A DNA stretch of 64,000 nucleotides from NCBI GenBank assembly GCA_040218735.1, contig JAVJQW010000070.1, positions 425,370-489,369 on the forward strand, written 5' to 3'. Positions within the stretch are counted from its first letter, which is position 1; the number at the start of each line of letters is the position of its first letter. Made by a program: the position numbers and the translations under genes. Of this stretch, positions 1 to 9,452 are shown piece by piece. Source of the stretch: Deltaproteobacteria bacterium. Lineage in GTDB: Bacteria > Myxococcota > Kuafuiibacteriia > Kuafuiibacteriales > Kuafuiibacteriaceae. Under the pieces are notes generated by a model, which made no database searches, was not told where the DNA came from, and worked only from the letters and a program-made list of their open reading frames with translations.

Positions 1-1359
1 GTCGTCGCAATTCGGGTTGCCGTTGCGGACACACGTCATGCCCGTGGGGGAGACCGTGACCTGCGTCCACGTGTCGGACGTGAGGTCGAGGATCCACGTG
101 TCGTTGGCGAGGCCGCAGTCGGTGCGCCCGCCGTAGAGAACCACGCGATCGTCCCCGGCCTTCACGAACAGGTGGGACTCGCGGCGCTCCGGCACGGCCG
201 GGTTCGCCGCGGCGAAGTTGCCGTAGAACTCGCAGAACGCGACCGAGTTGGTGCGCCCGGGCGCGTCGCCTTCGTCCACGAGGGACCAGGTCTGCGTGTC
301 GAGGTCGAAGGCCCACAGGTCGTTGTTGTTGCCGAGGCCGAGGTCGTCGTGGCCGCCGAACAGGAGGATGCGATCGCGGACCTGGTCGGTGATCATCTTG
401 CCCTTGATGCGCGGGCGCGGGCGGTTGGCGTCGTAGCCGTTGCCGAGCGGCCCCTGATCGATCTCCGACCAGGCCAACGTGGTCAGATCGAGGACCCACA
501 TGTTGCCGTCGCCGAAGGAGACGAACGCGTCCTCGCCGGCCCCGGCGAAGACGTAGAGGCGCTGCCGCTCCGCGTCGTACGCGGACGAGTGGAACAGACG
601 CGCCGGCGGCGTCGATGACACGGGTACCATCGTCCAGTCGTTGGTGCTGACGTTGAAGACCCACGTCTGCGAGTCCGGGTAGAACTGCGAGAACGCCGGG
701 TTCGTCTGGCCGCCGGCGTGGATGAACACCGCGCTGCTGTTCGGGTCCGCGACCATCGAGAAGTTCATGCGCCCCTTCGGCACGCCGTTCGGCGGCGCGT
801 CGTTGAAGAGCCCGCCGCGCTGTGCCGACAGCTCCGCCCACGAGCGATCCACCGGGTTGAAGGCCCAGACGTCGTTGAGGAACGTGTACTCGCCGCTGCT
901 GCCGGGGCGCCAGCGTCCGCCGAAGAGGACGAAGCGATCGTTCTGCGCGTCCCACACCGCCTGGCTGCGCGCACGCTGGCGCGGCGCCTCGGTGCTGACC
1001 GTCGAAAGGGTGTGCCAGGTCCCGGCGTCGACGTCGAAGGCGTGGAGGTCATCGATGAAGTCGGACCCCGCGAACGAGCACATCTCCGGCTCGGACTTGT
1101 CGCCGAAGGCCATGTACACGACGCCGCACTTGTCGTCGTAGGCGGCCGCCATGTCGCCGCGACGCAGCGGAGCGACCTCGGCGCCGCTCAGCGCCGGACC
1201 GAGATCGGGGCAGCCGTCCTCGACGACGCCGCCGTCGCGGATGCTGCTGGTGGTGCCCCCGTCACGGGGCGGGATGTTCGTGTCGTCGCTGCCGTCGTCG
1301 CCGCCGCTGCAGGCGAAGGTGAGCACGGGGAGCAGGAGGAGTGCGGTGCGTGTGTTCAT
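1..1359 (-). CDS. Kelch-repeat beta-propeller lipoprotein (3' end runs off the window)
   Basis: Not in the ORF track because the stop is outside the window. Manual translation from ATG 1359 gives MNTRTALLLLPVLTFAC (lipobox), then repeated Kelch blades: 'FVLFGG..NDVWAFNP..W', 'ILLFGG..NDLWAFDL..TW', 'VLYGG..NDTWILDL..TW'. Confidence 0.85.
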   Translation of the reverse strand, partial: MNTRTALLLLPVLTFACSGGDDGSDDTNIPPRDGGTTSSIRDGGVVEDGCPDLGPALSGAEVAPLRRGDMAAAYDDKCGVVYMAFGDKSEPEMCSFAGSDFIDDLHAFDVDAGTWHTLSTVSTEAPRQRARSQAVWDAQNDRFVLFGGRWRPGSSGEYTFLNDVWAFNPVDRSWAELSAQRGGLFNDAPPNGVPKGRMNFSMVADPNSSAVFIHAGGQTNPAFSQFYPDSQTWVFNVSTNDWTMVPVSSTPPARLFHSSAYDAERQRLYVFAGAGEDAFVSFGDGNMWVLDLTTLAWSEIDQGPLGNGYDANRPRPRIKGKMITDQVRDRILLFGGHDDLGLGNNNDLWAFDLDTQTWSLVDEGDAPGRTNSVAFCEFYGNFAAANPAVPERRESHLFVKAGDDRVVLYGGRTDCGLANDTWILDLTSDTWTQVTVSPTGMTCVRNGNPNCDD

Positions 1360-1401
1360 GGGTGGCTCCAAGGGGATGGAACGCCTTCGAGGCGTCCGAG
1401 A

Positions 1402-1974
1402 TCAATCGCAGAAGTTGTCGTTCCCGGGCTCGCTCGGTCCCGGACACACGGACACGTCGACGGTGACCGCGTCCTCGTAGGTCAGCCCCGACTTCATCTC
1501 CACCACGACGCGCATCGTGGCCTGCTGCTCCGCGACGAGGCAGCAGTCGTCGATGATGTTCGGGATCGCGATGAGCTGAAGGGCGCCGGTCTCGGTGTCC
1601 ATCTGGATCGGCGCGGCGCCGGTGCGCTGGACCGTCGAGCGCACGCCGCCGTCGGTGGACGTCACGGTGAAGGTGAGGAGCTGGATGTCGGCCTTCGCGA
1701 TGCCCATCATCCGCGCGCCGGACCACAGGTGCAGCCCGCCGTCGCGGCCGCCGCCCTGCGGGCCGGCGATCAGCTCGATGTCGTCGCCGTCCATCAGGAC
1801 TTCGAACCGGTCCTCGCCGGTGCCGATCTGCACGCTCGGCATTACGGGGCCCGCGTCGCGGGTGCTGACGGGGCCGCCGTCGCGGTTCACCACGTCGTCG
1901 TCGTTCCCGTCGTCGTCTCCGCTCGTGCCGCACGCGGCGACGAGGAGGAGCGCGTAGAGCGCACGCCGGACCAT
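1402..1974 (-). CDS. Hypothetical lipoprotein
   Basis: MVRRALYALLLVAAC lipobox, acidic DDD/RDGG linker, 'GPQGG..HLW' motif. Co-oriented with the Kelch lipoprotein. Confidence 0.75.
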   Translation of the reverse strand: MVRRALYALLLVAACGTSGDDDGNDDDVVNRDGGPVSTRDAGPVMPSVQIGTGEDRFEVLMDGDDIELIAGPQGGGRDGGLHLWSGARMMGIAKADIQLLTFTVTSTDGGVRSTVQRTGAAPIQMDTETGALQLIAIPNIIDDCCLVAEQQATMRVVVEMKSGLTYEDAVTVDVSVCPGPSEPGNDNFCD

Positions 1975-2109
1975 CGCCCCTTTGCATACCGCGCTGCCGT
2001 CGATTCCGGCAATCCGATTTTGCGAACGATTCTCAATTAGCTGGCTTCGAGCGGAGACCGCGCGGTACGTCCGCGCGCTCGCGATCGCGGCGGTCTACCA
2101 TCGGCCGCG

Positions 2110-3297
2110 GTGCGTCGCGCGGTTGTGCTCCTCGCCGTGTGCTCGGGCGGCTGCCTGGGGACGCTCAAACACGGTTTCGTCGACACGATCATGGTCGCCG
2201 CGGATCGTCCGCGCCCCGGACGGGTGTTCGTGCGACGCGGTGACGAGACGTTGCGGCTCCTCGCGGGTGACTTCCACTGCCACGTCACCCCGCCGGACGG
2301 TCGGCCGCATGTGGTGCGCGAGCTCGACGCGACGGTGGAGCTCGCGCGTCAGGAGGGGCTCGACTTCCTCGTGCTGACGCCGCACGTCCGCGCGCGAACG
2401 CTTCACCTCCCGGCGGTGCAACGCCGCTTGCTCGACGCGATGGCCAACGTGCGCGCGGTGCGCGGCGGTCCGGTGCTCATCTTCGGGTTCGAGTACACCG
2501 ACTTTTCGTACGGGCACGCGGGGATGGCGTTCGGCGATCTTCCGCGGGCGCTCGAACGTGCGTCCGACGAAGACCCGGCGGCGTTCGTGCGGACCTACCT
2601 GGCGAGCGGCGGCATCGCGACGATCAACCACCCGCTCCTGCTCCCGGTCGACACGCCGATCGCGGTGTCGACGTGGGATCTTTCGTGGCTGCCGCTGGTG
2701 GAGCCGGCGCGGTACCCGCCGGATCTGGAGCTGATCGATCGGCGCGCGGCGACGTTCGAAGCGTTCAACCTCGCGATCGCGGATCTGCGCGACCGCTTCC
2801 TGTTCTTCGATCCCGAGCGATCGATCCGGCGCGTGCTCGCGGCGTTCGACGACAAGATCCTCCGCGAGCGACGTCGCCTGACCCCGGTCGGCGGGAGCGA
2901 CACCCACGGTCACCACCTGCGCGCGACGACGTTCGTCCTCGCGACCTCGAACACCCGCGCGGCGATCGCCGAGGGCGTGCGTCGCGGCCGGACTTGCGTA
3001 CGGGCGCCGGAGGCGTGTCGCACGATGATACGGGTCGATCGGGGCTCCTGGGCGATCGTCGGCGAAGCGCGGTTCGGTCGTGACGTCGAGGTCCGCGCGC
3101 CGCGCGGCGCAGAAGTGCTCGTGAACGGCGAGATCGTGGGCGCGCGGTTCACGGTCGATCCAAAGATCTGTTCGATCGTTCGGACGCAGATCGGGCGCGG
3201 CTTCTCGGCGCCGATCTACGTCAACTGCCCGTTCGCAGCGCGCCGGCCGCGCGCGGGTCTTTTGCCGACAGCTGTCGTACCATCGCCGACGCCCTGA
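2110..3297 (+). CDS. PHP-family (CehA/McbA-like) metallohydrolase, probably an exported lipoprotein
   Basis: GDFHCH, LTPH, GFEY..GH, INHP and GGSDTH metal-binding motifs. N-terminal hydrophobic signal with Cys. Confidence 0.8.
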   Translation: MRRAVVLLAVCSGGCLGTLKHGFVDTIMVAADRPRPGRVFVRRGDETLRLLAGDFHCHVTPPDGRPHVVRELDATVELARQEGLDFLVLTPHVRARTLHLPAVQRRLLDAMANVRAVRGGPVLIFGFEYTDFSYGHAGMAFGDLPRALERASDEDPAAFVRTYLASGGIATINHPLLLPVDTPIAVSTWDLSWLPLVEPARYPPDLELIDRRAATFEAFNLAIADLRDRFLFFDPERSIRRVLAAFDDKILRERRRLTPVGGSDTHGHHLRATTFVLATSNTRAAIAEGVRRGRTCVRAPEACRTMIRVDRGSWAIVGEARFGRDVEVRAPRGAEVLVNGEIVGARFTVDPKICSIVRTQIGRGFSAPIYVNCPFAARRPRAGLLPTAVVPSPTP

Positions 3298-6194
3298 CGA
3301 ACGCCACCGACAAGTACGAGCTCGGGGAGCGCCTCGGCGGAGGCGGCATGGCGGAGGTGTACCGCGGTACCCAGCGCGGCGCCGAGGGCTTCTCGAAGAC
3401 GGTCGCGGTGAAGCGCGTGCTCCCGGGGTACTCGAACGATCCGCAGTTCGCGGAGATGTTCGTGTCGGAGGCGACGATCGCGTCGCGGCTGATGCATCCA
3501 AACGTCGTCGCGGTGACGGACTTCGATCGCGACACCGCGGGGCGGCTGTTCCTCGTGATGGAGCTCGTCGAGGGGCGCGACCTACGCGCGCTGATGACGA
3601 CCGGGCGGCTCCCGCCGACGATCGTCGTGTACATCGTGTCGGAGCTGTTGCGCGCGCTGGGGTACGCGCACGCGCTGCACCACGACGGGCGCCCCATGCA
3701 GATCGTCCACCGCGACGTGTCTCCGCACAACGTGCTCGTGTCGTGGGACGGCGCGGTGAAGCTGTCGGACTTCGGCATCGCGAAGGCCGCGGAGGCGAGC
3801 CCGGCCACGCGCACCGGCGTGGTGAAGGGCAAGGCGGCGTACCTGAGCCCGGAGCAGGCGCGCGCGGAGTCGCTCGATCATCGTTCGGATCTGTTCGCGG
3901 CTGGGGTGGTGCTCTACGAGCTGCTGACGGACAAACGTTTGTTCGCGGTGTCGGGTGGCGCGCGCGAGGCGGTGATCATTCACCGCGTGCTGAACCTCCA
4001 GTACCCGTCGCCAGGTGAGATCCACGAAGACATCAGCGAAGCGCTGGACGGTGTGTGCCGATGGTTGCTCGCGCGCGATCGCGACCAGCGCCCGGCGGAC
4101 GCATTCGAAGCGCTCGACGCGCTGCTCGCGTGCCCCGAAGCCTCCGCCCGCGGCGCGCGCGGTCTGGCCGAGGTGATGCGCGAGCGCTTCCCGCGCGAGG
4201 CCCCGTCGCTCACGACGCCCGCGCACAGCGGCCCGGTCTACGAGACCCCGTCGAAGCCCCCCGTGGGTGACTTCACGGACAGCGAGATCGACGCGCGCGA
4301 GGCGGCTTACAACCTGCGGAGCATCGCCGTGGATCCCGTGGCGCGCGTGCCGACGAAGACGGAGCCAACGCCCGGCGCGCCGGCGCGGGATGCAGCCGCG
4401 GGGTCGTGGGCGCCCAGCCCCGACGCGGGCGGAGCGGATTCGGGATCAGCCGGCGACCGCGGAGGCGACGCGGTAGAGGCCGGTCGACGAGGGCCGGCAT
4501 CGGGCTGGGCCGCCGACCGCGGAGGTGATTCGGTACAGGCCGGTCGACGAGGGCCGGCATCGGGCTGGGCCGCCGACCATGGAGGTGATCCGGTTCAGGC
4601 CGGGCGACGAGGGCCAGCATCGGCATCGGCCGCCGACCGCGGAGGTGATCCGGTAGAGGCCGGGCGACGCGGGCCGGCGCTCGGCCACGCCCCCGGGGCA
4701 CCGATCGCTGCGGATCACGCGGGCGCCGCGCCCGCGGACGGCCGAGCCGCTCCAAGGCCCGGCCGCCGAGGGCCTGCGGGCTCGGCCCCCGACGGAGCAC
4801 AGCGGGCTTTTGGCGACGCGCGCGGTGCGGTCGCGGAAGGCCAGGCAGCTCCGAACTCCGGCCGCCGAGCGCCTGCGCCGGGCTCGGCCCCTGCCCCCGG
4901 CGACACGCACGGAGCGCCGGTGCTGGGCTCGTCCGCCGGTGCGTCCGGTGCGCCAGGTTACGGCGTGATCGAGAGCGCTTCCGATCCCGGCCGACGGAGT
5001 CCGGGGTCGGGCGCCGCCGCACCCGGTTCTGGTCATGCGCACGGAGCGATGGGACGAGGCCCCGCGGCTCCGAGTCCGGGCCTACGCGGGCCGAGCTCGC
5101 CCGCCGATCACCACGGAGCGCCGCCGGCTTCCGGCGACGCCCACGGCTCGCCCTCCGACCCGCCGGGTGCACGGGCTCTGGGCCCGTCCGATTACGTCGC
5201 AGGCGTTCCGGGTCAACGTGCGCAAGCGCCGGGATCGGCCGCAGGCCCCAACACGCCGTCGTCCGGCGACGCACGCGAGGCGCGCACGCCGAGCTCACCC
5301 GCCGACCACGACGGCGCCTCGCCCCTTGGACACGGCGGAGGGTCGCCCCACGACCAAGCGGCGTGGCCCGATCCCGGGGCGGCCGCGCAGAAGGATCGGC
5401 ACGCCATCGCGAACCTCGCTCCCCCCGCCGGCGAGCGCGGCGACTCCACGACCACGCCCGTACCAGGCGCTTCCGCCGCGCCGGAGTCGACGGCGGGCGG
5501 GCGTCGGTCGGATCGCATCAGCGGGCCGACGGTGGTCCGCGACGCGTCGCCCGCTTCGCGTTGGCCCGACTCCGCCACGCGCCCGACGGCGCCCGGCTCA
5601 CTGGTGCCGGGGACCCTCGTCGACTCCGCGCCGACCCGGCACACGCCGGCACCGATCTCTTCGCCGCCGCGCCGGGCCTGGTGGGCCGCGTTTGTGTTGC
5701 TCGCGACCGCGGCCGTCGGGCTCGGGTACCTGAACTGGCGCACGAACGCGGACGAGCGCACCGCGCCGCAAGCCGACGAGGCCGCCCTGGAACGTGAGGC
5801 GCCGAGCCTCGGCGCTGCGCCCGGCCGACGCGACACATCCGAGGCGCCGAGCGGCCGGGACGAAGCCTCGCCGCGCCCCGCTGCGATCGAGGAAGCCGCG
5901 CGCGACGCAGATCGAGACGTGAGCGACGGAGCGTCCCGCCAACGCGGCACCGCGTCGGGCGGCCGGGATCAGGACCGCTCAGCGAAGGCCGCCGACGCGG
6001 CGCAGGACTCGGACGCGACGAAGCGCCCGTCCTCGGTCACGACGACGAAGAAGCGACCCCATGATGCCGCCTCGTCCACGCGCACGACGCGTCGACGACG
6101 ACGGACGGAACCGCCGCCCCCGCCCCCGCCGGAGCCCGCGCCGCCGACGAAGCCGAAGAAAGTCGGTGACGACCTGCTGTCGCCTGACCTTTGA
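3294..6194 (+). CDS. Membrane Ser/Thr protein kinase with long low-complexity linker
   Basis: KYELGERLGGGGMAEVY, VAVK, HRDVSPHN, DFGIAK, YLSPE. TM segment WWAAFVLLATAAVGLGYL. The first ATG (3348) lies inside the Gly-loop, so the start is placed tentatively at CTG 3294. Confidence 0.9.
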   Translation: MTNATDKYELGERLGGGGMAEVYRGTQRGAEGFSKTVAVKRVLPGYSNDPQFAEMFVSEATIASRLMHPNVVAVTDFDRDTAGRLFLVMELVEGRDLRALMTTGRLPPTIVVYIVSELLRALGYAHALHHDGRPMQIVHRDVSPHNVLVSWDGAVKLSDFGIAKAAEASPATRTGVVKGKAAYLSPEQARAESLDHRSDLFAAGVVLYELLTDKRLFAVSGGAREAVIIHRVLNLQYPSPGEIHEDISEALDGVCRWLLARDRDQRPADAFEALDALLACPEASARGARGLAEVMRERFPREAPSLTTPAHSGPVYETPSKPPVGDFTDSEIDAREAAYNLRSIAVDPVARVPTKTEPTPGAPARDAAAGSWAPSPDAGGADSGSAGDRGGDAVEAGRRGPASGWAADRGGDSVQAGRRGPASGWAADHGGDPVQAGRRGPASASAADRGGDPVEAGRRGPALGHAPGAPIAADHAGAAPADGRAAPRPGRRGPAGSAPDGAQRAFGDARGAVAEGQAAPNSGRRAPAPGSAPAPGDTHGAPVLGSSAGASGAPGYGVIESASDPGRRSPGSGAAAPGSGHAHGAMGRGPAAPSPGLRGPSSPADHHGAPPASGDAHGSPSDPPGARALGPSDYVAGVPGQRAQAPGSAAGPNTPSSGDAREARTPSSPADHDGASPLGHGGGSPHDQAAWPDPGAAAQKDRHAIANLAPPAGERGDSTTTPVPGASAAPESTAGGRRSDRISGPTVVRDASPASRWPDSATRPTAPGSLVPGTLVDSAPTRHTPAPISSPPRRAWWAAFVLLATAAVGLGYLNWRTNADERTAPQADEAALEREAPSLGAAPGRRDTSEAPSGRDEASPRPAAIEEAARDADRDVSDGASRQRGTASGGRDQDRSAKAADAAQDSDATKRPSSVTTTKKRPHDAASSTRTTRRRRRTEPPPPPPPEPAPPTKPKKVGDDLLSPDL
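4451..4680 (+). repeat. About 4 tandem 60-bp coding repeats (ADRGGDxVxAGRRGPASGWA)
   Basis: Consecutive 60-nt lines are near-identical: 'gccgaccgcggaggtgat.cggt.caggccgg.cgacgagggccggcatcgg'. Confidence 0.9.
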
Positions 6195-7180
6195 TGCCGC
6201 GCGCGATGCGCCGCTTGGTCACCATCGTCGCGTTCGCGCTCGTGTTCACCGCAGGCCCCGCTCACGCCGACAAGAGCGCGGCGAAGGACCACTACGAGCG
6301 CGGGACCCGCGCCTACAACCTCGGCCGCTTCGACCAGGCCATCGACCACTTCGCGCGCGCCTACGAGGCGCACCCCTCGCCCGTGTTCCTCTTCAACATC
6401 GCGCAGGCGCACCGGCTCGCCGGGCACTGCGAAAAGGCCGCGTTCTTCTACCGACGCTACCTCTCGGAGGAGCCGGATTCACCGGCGCGCGCGGAGATCG
6501 ACGGTCACCTCCGCACCCTCGCCGACTGCGCCCAGGAGGAACCGAAGGCTCCGCCCCCCGCGCCACCACCGCCTCCGCCCGAGTCCACGTCGCCCAAGGC
6601 TGCTTCGCCCGTGTCCACGTCGACGCGCCCTGCGCCACCGCCCACACCGCCGCCCGCAGCGCCCTGGATCGAGCTGCGGCTCGAGGGCGGCGCGGCGTTC
6701 CTCTCGCTCGGCGACGTCGACGTTCCGGTCCAGGCCGCCGCCGCGGTCGCGGTCGGGCACCCCTTCCGGTTCGACGCGCTCAGCGTCACGCCCGCTGTGT
6801 TCGCGCAGTTCACCTCCGTGCCGTACGAAGGCGGGTCCTCCGGCACCGCGCTGCTCTTCGGGGTGGGGGCCGGCGCTGACGTTCGTTACCACCTCGGCGA
6901 GCGTGTCGCGTTACGCGGCGGCGTCGGGCTCGGCGTGTTGCTGTTGTCCGGCCTCGAAGAAGGCAACCCGATCACGCGCGACGGCAACCCCGCGACCGGC
7001 GCGCTGTCCTTGATCACCGCGCGCGGCCAGCTCGGGCTCGACGTGTTCTTCAACGAGCGCGTCGCGCTCGCGATCACTCCGGTGTCGGTGGGGTTCAGCC
7101 CTCGCCGCGAAGACTTCGCCGACGGCGTGAAGCGCGTCCTCCGCTTCGAGCTGTTGGGCGGCCTCGTCGTGTTCCTGTGA
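6194..7180 (+). CDS. Exported TPR protein with Pro-rich linker and C-terminal outer-membrane beta-barrel-like domain
   Basis: Signal peptide ending AHA, TPR 'AKDHYERG..YNLGRF..A..F..AY...FLFNIAQAHR', alternating amphipathic strands at the C-terminus. Start overlaps the kinase stop, a common myxobacterial kinase-TPR pairing. Confidence 0.8.
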   Translation: MPRAMRRLVTIVAFALVFTAGPAHADKSAAKDHYERGTRAYNLGRFDQAIDHFARAYEAHPSPVFLFNIAQAHRLAGHCEKAAFFYRRYLSEEPDSPARAEIDGHLRTLADCAQEEPKAPPPAPPPPPPESTSPKAASPVSTSTRPAPPPTPPPAAPWIELRLEGGAAFLSLGDVDVPVQAAAAVAVGHPFRFDALSVTPAVFAQFTSVPYEGGSSGTALLFGVGAGADVRYHLGERVALRGGVGLGVLLLSGLEEGNPITRDGNPATGALSLITARGQLGLDVFFNERVALAITPVSVGFSPRREDFADGVKRVLRFELLGGLVVFL

Positions 7181-7198
7181 ACCGACGCGAACCGTGGG

Positions 7199-7762
7199 CT
7201 ACCTCGACGACAGCGGTCCGACCGTCGAAGTCTGCGTCACGGCGAGTGTGTAGAAACGGACGACGCGCTCGCGCTCCTCGACGCGGCCCGTCGGGAACTG
7301 CGCCGCGAACAGCGCGTTCTTGAGGCACTCCCCAGCGAGCTCGATGGCGCCGTTGGCGCTCGGGTCGATCGGTTCCGGCACCTTCCGCACGACGATCGCG
7401 CAGACCAGCCCCGCTGGATCCACGCCGTACCCGACGCGGTAGCCGAGCGGCTCGAAGGCGACGCCTGCGTCCGCGAGGCTCGAGCGGTAGACCTCACGGC
7501 ACGTGTTGGCGCCCTTCCCCATCGCGGCCTCGACCTCGGCGTCCGTGATCCGATCACCGAACGTCTTGCGCTCCGCTTCGTAGGCCGGCTCGGTGAGGCG
7601 CGTCGTCACGCCAACGCAGGGGTCGCGCCCCTTCGGCGGCATGTGCACGGCCTCGGCCCGCATGATGCGCTGCGCTTCGGCGGCGCGTGCGTCGAGGTCG
7701 GCCTGGCTCGGGCCAGCGCACGACGCGGCGAGCAGGCAGAGGATCAGTCCGCGGCGTCCCAT
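7199..7762 (-). CDS. Hypothetical lipoprotein, possibly with a TonB-C/AgmX-PglI-like C-terminal domain
   Basis: 3' part of the 7199..9376 ORF. MGRRGLILCLLAASC lipobox and 'C..VY...ECLKNALFAAQFP'. Overlaps the cysS stop. Confidence 0.65.
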   Translation of the reverse strand: MGRRGLILCLLAASCAGPSQADLDARAAEAQRIMRAEAVHMPPKGRDPCVGVTTRLTEPAYEAERKTFGDRITDAEVEAAMGKGANTCREVYRSSLADAGVAFEPLGYRVGYGVDPAGLVCAIVVRKVPEPIDPSANGAIELAGECLKNALFAAQFPTGRVEERERVVRFYTLAVTQTSTVGPLSSR

Positions 7763-9309
7763 GTCGTTCCGTCCTTCCCGTCCTTGAGGATGATGCCCTT
7801 CGCCTTCAGCTCGTCGCGGATCTCGTCGGCGCGCTTGAAGTCTTTCTTCGCGCGCGCCTCCTTCCGCTCCTCGATGAACGCCTCGATCTGCGCGGGTGTC
7901 AGCTGCAGCGACGACGACCGCGCGAGCTTTCGGCGCTCGAGGTAGGCCTTCGGTTCGGCCTGCCACAGACCGAGCACGTCCCCCATCTGTCGAAGGATGA
8001 CGCGCGCCTCCGCGAGGAGCCGGCTGGTGTTCTCCGGCGACAGCACTTCGCCAATCCGCGCCTTCTCCTGGCCGTGGATGAGCTCGTTCGCGATGTGAAA
8101 GACCTCGGCCGCCTCCGCGAGCGCGCGCGGCGTGTTGAAGTCGTCGTTCATCGCGTCGGTGAAGCGCGCCCACGGGTCCACGTCGAACGTGGCCGCGAGG
8201 TTCTTGCCGGGCACGAACGTCTGCTCGTTCGTGAACGCGTCCATCGCTTCGAGCGTCTCGTAGTTCTTGTCGAGGCGCTTCTCGGCGGCGTCGAGCAGGT
8301 CGTGGGAGAACGCGATCGGCGAACGGTACTGGCTCGTGAGGAAGAGCATCCGCAGCGCTTCGCCCTCGTACTGCGCGAGCATCTCGCGCACGGGGTAGAA
8401 GTTGCCGCGGGACTTCGACATCTTGAAGTCCATCTCCGTGAACGTGTAGCCGCACGCGCAGTGGTGCCCGGACTCCGGGATCTTCTCGAGCTCCTTGTCG
8501 CACCCGGGGCACTTCTCGGGCATCAGGTTCACGAAGCCGTTGTGCATCCAGATGTTCGCCATCAGCTCCGTGCCGTTGGCGGCGCAGGACTGGGCGAGCT
8601 CGTTTTCGTGGTGCGGGAAGACGAGGTCCTTGCCGCCCGCGTGGATGTCGAAGACCTCGCCGAGGTACTTGCCGCTCATGGCCGAGCACTCGATGTGCCA
8701 GCCGGGACGGCCCTTGCCCCACGGTGAGTCCCACGACGGCTCGCCCGGCTTGGCCGACTTCCACAGCGCGAAGTCGGCGGCGGCGCGTTTGCGGGTGTCC
8801 ACCGCGACGCGGGCGCCCTCTTCCTGCTCGTCGAGCTTGCGCCCGGAGAGCGCGCCGTAGGCTTCGTACTTCGCGACTTCGAAGTAGACGTCGCCGTCGA
8901 CGTCGTACGCGAAGCCCTTTGCGATCAGCGTCTCGATCATCGCGACGATCTCGGCGATGTGGGTCGTGACTCGCGGCTCGATGTTGGGCTCGAGGCAGCC
9001 GAGCTCCGACATGTCCGAAGAGAACTGCGCGATGAAGCGGTTCGTGACCTCGTCGGTCGTCTCGCCGTTGGCGTTCGCGGCCTTGATGATCTTGTCGTCG
9101 ACGTCCGTGAAGTTGCGGACGTAGGTGACGAGATACTGGGTCTTGAGCCAGCGATAGACGACGTCGAAGGCGACGTAACAGCGGCCGTGGCCGATGTGCG
9201 TCGGGGCGTAGACGGTGACGCCACAGACGTACATGCGAACCTTGCCCGGTTCGAGCGGGTTGAAGTCGACTTTCTCCCGAGTGCGGGTATCGAAGACTCT
9301 CAGGCCCAT
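7744..9309 (-). CDS. cysS: Cysteine--tRNA ligase
   Basis: MYVCGVTVY..HIGH, RNFTDVDDKII, DFALWK, GRPGWHIECSAM, DLVFPHHENE, KMSKS, MNDDFNTP. Confidence 0.98.
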   Translation of the reverse strand: MGLRVFDTRTREKVDFNPLEPGKVRMYVCGVTVYAPTHIGHGRCYVAFDVVYRWLKTQYLVTYVRNFTDVDDKIIKAANANGETTDEVTNRFIAQFSSDMSELGCLEPNIEPRVTTHIAEIVAMIETLIAKGFAYDVDGDVYFEVAKYEAYGALSGRKLDEQEEGARVAVDTRKRAAADFALWKSAKPGEPSWDSPWGKGRPGWHIECSAMSGKYLGEVFDIHAGGKDLVFPHHENELAQSCAANGTELMANIWMHNGFVNLMPEKCPGCDKELEKIPESGHHCACGYTFTEMDFKMSKSRGNFYPVREMLAQYEGEALRMLFLTSQYRSPIAFSHDLLDAAEKRLDKNYETLEAMDAFTNEQTFVPGKNLAATFDVDPWARFTDAMNDDFNTPRALAEAAEVFHIANELIHGQEKARIGEVLSPENTSRLLAEARVILRQMGDVLGLWQAEPKAYLERRKLARSSSLQLTPAQIEAFIEERKEARAKKDFKRADEIRDELKAKGIILKDGKDGTTWDAAD

Positions 9310-9383
9310 CGCCGCCCCCGTATGTCACGGGCGCAGGTGATTGTCCGCAGTGATTTCGCGCGGTGCCGAAGGGCACAAACGCG

Positions 9384-9416
9384 AAAACGCGGGCGCCCCG
9401 TCCGGAGCACCCGCGT
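9384..9416 (-). terminator. Intrinsic terminator downstream of carD/cdnL
   Basis: Minus strand ACGCGGGTGCTCC-GGAC-GGGGCGCCCGCGT followed by TTTCG: a 13-bp stem with G-U pairs and a short U run. Confidence 0.7.
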
Positions 9417-9452
9417 CATCGGCGATTCACTTTCGATCCGTGGCGCAGCGTT

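Noticed and set aside
4451-4680. 60-bp periodicity as a CRISPR array
   Set aside because: The whole unit repeats with no unique spacers, it lies inside the kinase frame, and there are no cas genes.
8424-8523. Intein or intron in cysS
   Set aside because: The insert is only about 30 aa, stays in frame and has no splice-junction residues.
7763-9376. 725-aa ORF overlapping cysS, and the many similar long alternative-frame or antisense ORFs
   Set aside because: These are stop-poor shadow frames typical of 70% GC DNA. Only the segments with recognisable motifs were kept.
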